From Owenia fusiformis (taxonomy: Eukaryota), in NCBI GenBank assembly GCA_903813345.2, contig CAIIXF020000001.1, forward strand, positions 11,470,001-11,534,000: 64,000 nt of DNA, written 5' to 3'. The notes under the pieces are model-generated. The model ran no database searches, had not been told where the DNA came from, and worked only from the letters and a program-made list of their open reading frames with translations. The translations under genes were made by a program, and so were the position numbers. Positions 62,159 to 64,000 of this stretch are shown here, in pieces; position 1 is the first letter of the stretch; the number at the start of each line of letters is the position of its first letter.

Positions 62159-64000
62159 CCACTGGCATATCTTTGTCAGATAACAATACATCAAGAATAA
62201 GTTTGTTATATTTGATGAATGCTTCTATTGAACAAATCGTACCTTGCGTTTATTCGGGAGCATTCAGACGAACGATTGTTTGGTTAAAGTCTCTTAGCGA
62301 CGGGCTTTCACTTAACTTTAGAGATCACGACCTGCTAAGTCGAATTGATCAAATGCATCTAAATCGATACAAGTGTCCCAGACTTGTCCTAGATCCATTA
62401 GTGAGACAAAATAGTCAATTAGTGGCAAAGTGTCAGATAGATCGCGCAATAATTTAATGTAAACAATGCAACGAAATAGTATTGGAATCATTCTGGAAAG
62501 CTTACATTGAGAATCGCGGTAACTTTTCAATTTCAGCAGACCACTTCTTCGAAATATGTGAATGCGTAATATACCTTTTGTTATGCTATTTGGTATATTT
62601 ACAATTGTTTTATGAAATTGTGTAATATCTATTAAAGAAAACCGAATCACAGAACCTAGTTTTAAGGGTACATTCTTGTTTTGTTTGGATAGAAACCTAC
62701 TTGAGCGCAAATTCAATAACACAATTTTAACTGTTCATTCGACTCGATATTTTATTTGCATCAGAATGGAAATGAAAAATCGATAGTTTTAGTTGAAAAG
62801 TTAAAATTGTATTTTATTTATAATTATAATTAATAATAATATATAAATAATAATTATATGATAATTTATAAATTTGGAATCATATGGTCATCATCATGAA
62901 CTATGGTTGTGAAGAATCACGTAGACATCCGTGAATATCCTATCCAGTAAAAAAATTCAAAATAAAAAATGCAGCGATGCAATTTGTTAATTAGTAATAA
63001 TATTTGTTGATCAAACACTAGAATACCTAGAGTGTCTGGTGAATCTATTGACAAAGTACAAATGTCACAGACAGACAGAAGGAAGCTATTGTCTGTTAAC
63101 CGCACCACATTTTCATTTTGCCTCACCTTTCGAACACATCATGCCATTTGTTACATTCTCATTATTGGATTATAAATGACAATACCAATCAACATCAGCG
63201 TTCTCAAAATAATCGTGGCAATTATATGATACAGACAAGGCATTTGACAGTGCAATTATCGAATTTATCTTAGGTAAACAATGACACGTTTTCAGAGACG
63301 ATGGATCTAAAACGCCACAGGCTAACTCGATGATTCGAACTTGCCGCCGAATAGTACTTATACGTGCTTATATGTATTAGGTTTCAGAAGCATAAAAACA
63401 AATATTTGTGAGGTACTTCAATGTTAATTTGATCTTATAAAAATGTATCGGTTTTGGTTTGATACGTATAGGCCTACCACTGTTCAAACTGTACTTTTTA
63501 CATGTATGTCCCCGGGGATTTGTAATTCAATACTTATACTAGCTTGTATCAAGAACACCAAAAGGTTTGATAAAGTGTAAGTAGGTTGTACGTGTCGATT
63601 ACCAATATTATATCTCATGATCAGTTCATTTGCATTCATGAATATAAAATTTCAAAGATACAATTTTTTTCTTTGAATTGTAAACCTACTCAGAAATTGT
63701 GCGTTTTTATATATTTTTGCATCCAAGGCTCTTCAAGTTGATGTGACGTTTCCGGCATTTACCGTTTAAAACTGAGGCCCAGGAATACGTTAAAAATGTT
63801 TAAAAAGTCCCCTAGTGTACTTTTACTATATTACTTACATTGAATAAGAATAAGACTGATTTTTTATCTATGACTGTATACCCGGGCCTCAGGTTTAAAA
63901 CATAACGGTTTCATAATTTCATAATTTCAACAAGGCATTATCATGGAAAAGCACTACCTGTCATTTGTTACAGGCGCCCACCGCCTGACTACAATCGCCG

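Overview
AT-rich genomic DNA from an invertebrate animal (inferred from spliceosomal introns, a FoxD gene and a mosaic CpG pattern). From left to right: (1) the 3' portion of a near-intact Ty3/Gypsy LTR retrotransposon (gag end, pol with a chromodomain-like tail, ~2 kb untranslated region, PPT and 3' LTR; 1-7136); (2) the last two coding exons of a ZNG1/CBWD (COG0523 zinc-chaperone GTPase) gene, missed by the ORF track, at 14300-14426 and 29641-29702, separated by a 15.2 kb intron; (3) an intronless FoxD gene on the same strand ~5.7 kb downstream (35429-36916), the same arrangement as human CBWD1-FOXD4; (4) a two-exon ankyrin-repeat gene (ANKRD63/ANKRD34-like) on the minus strand (60606-62116). 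Between them are two ~1.9 kb Helentron-type (HINE/DINE-1-like) elements with ~130 bp tandem arrays, several MITE families and a fragmented LINE with nested insertions. The most interesting signals are a probable UGA read-through gag-pol junction (8-nt spacer plus stem-loop), a repeated Smad-like composite motif (AGAC-N5-GGCWCC) upstream of FoxD, the ZNG1-FoxD linkage and a CpG-content shift between the two genes. All calls are from reading the sequence; no database searches were run.
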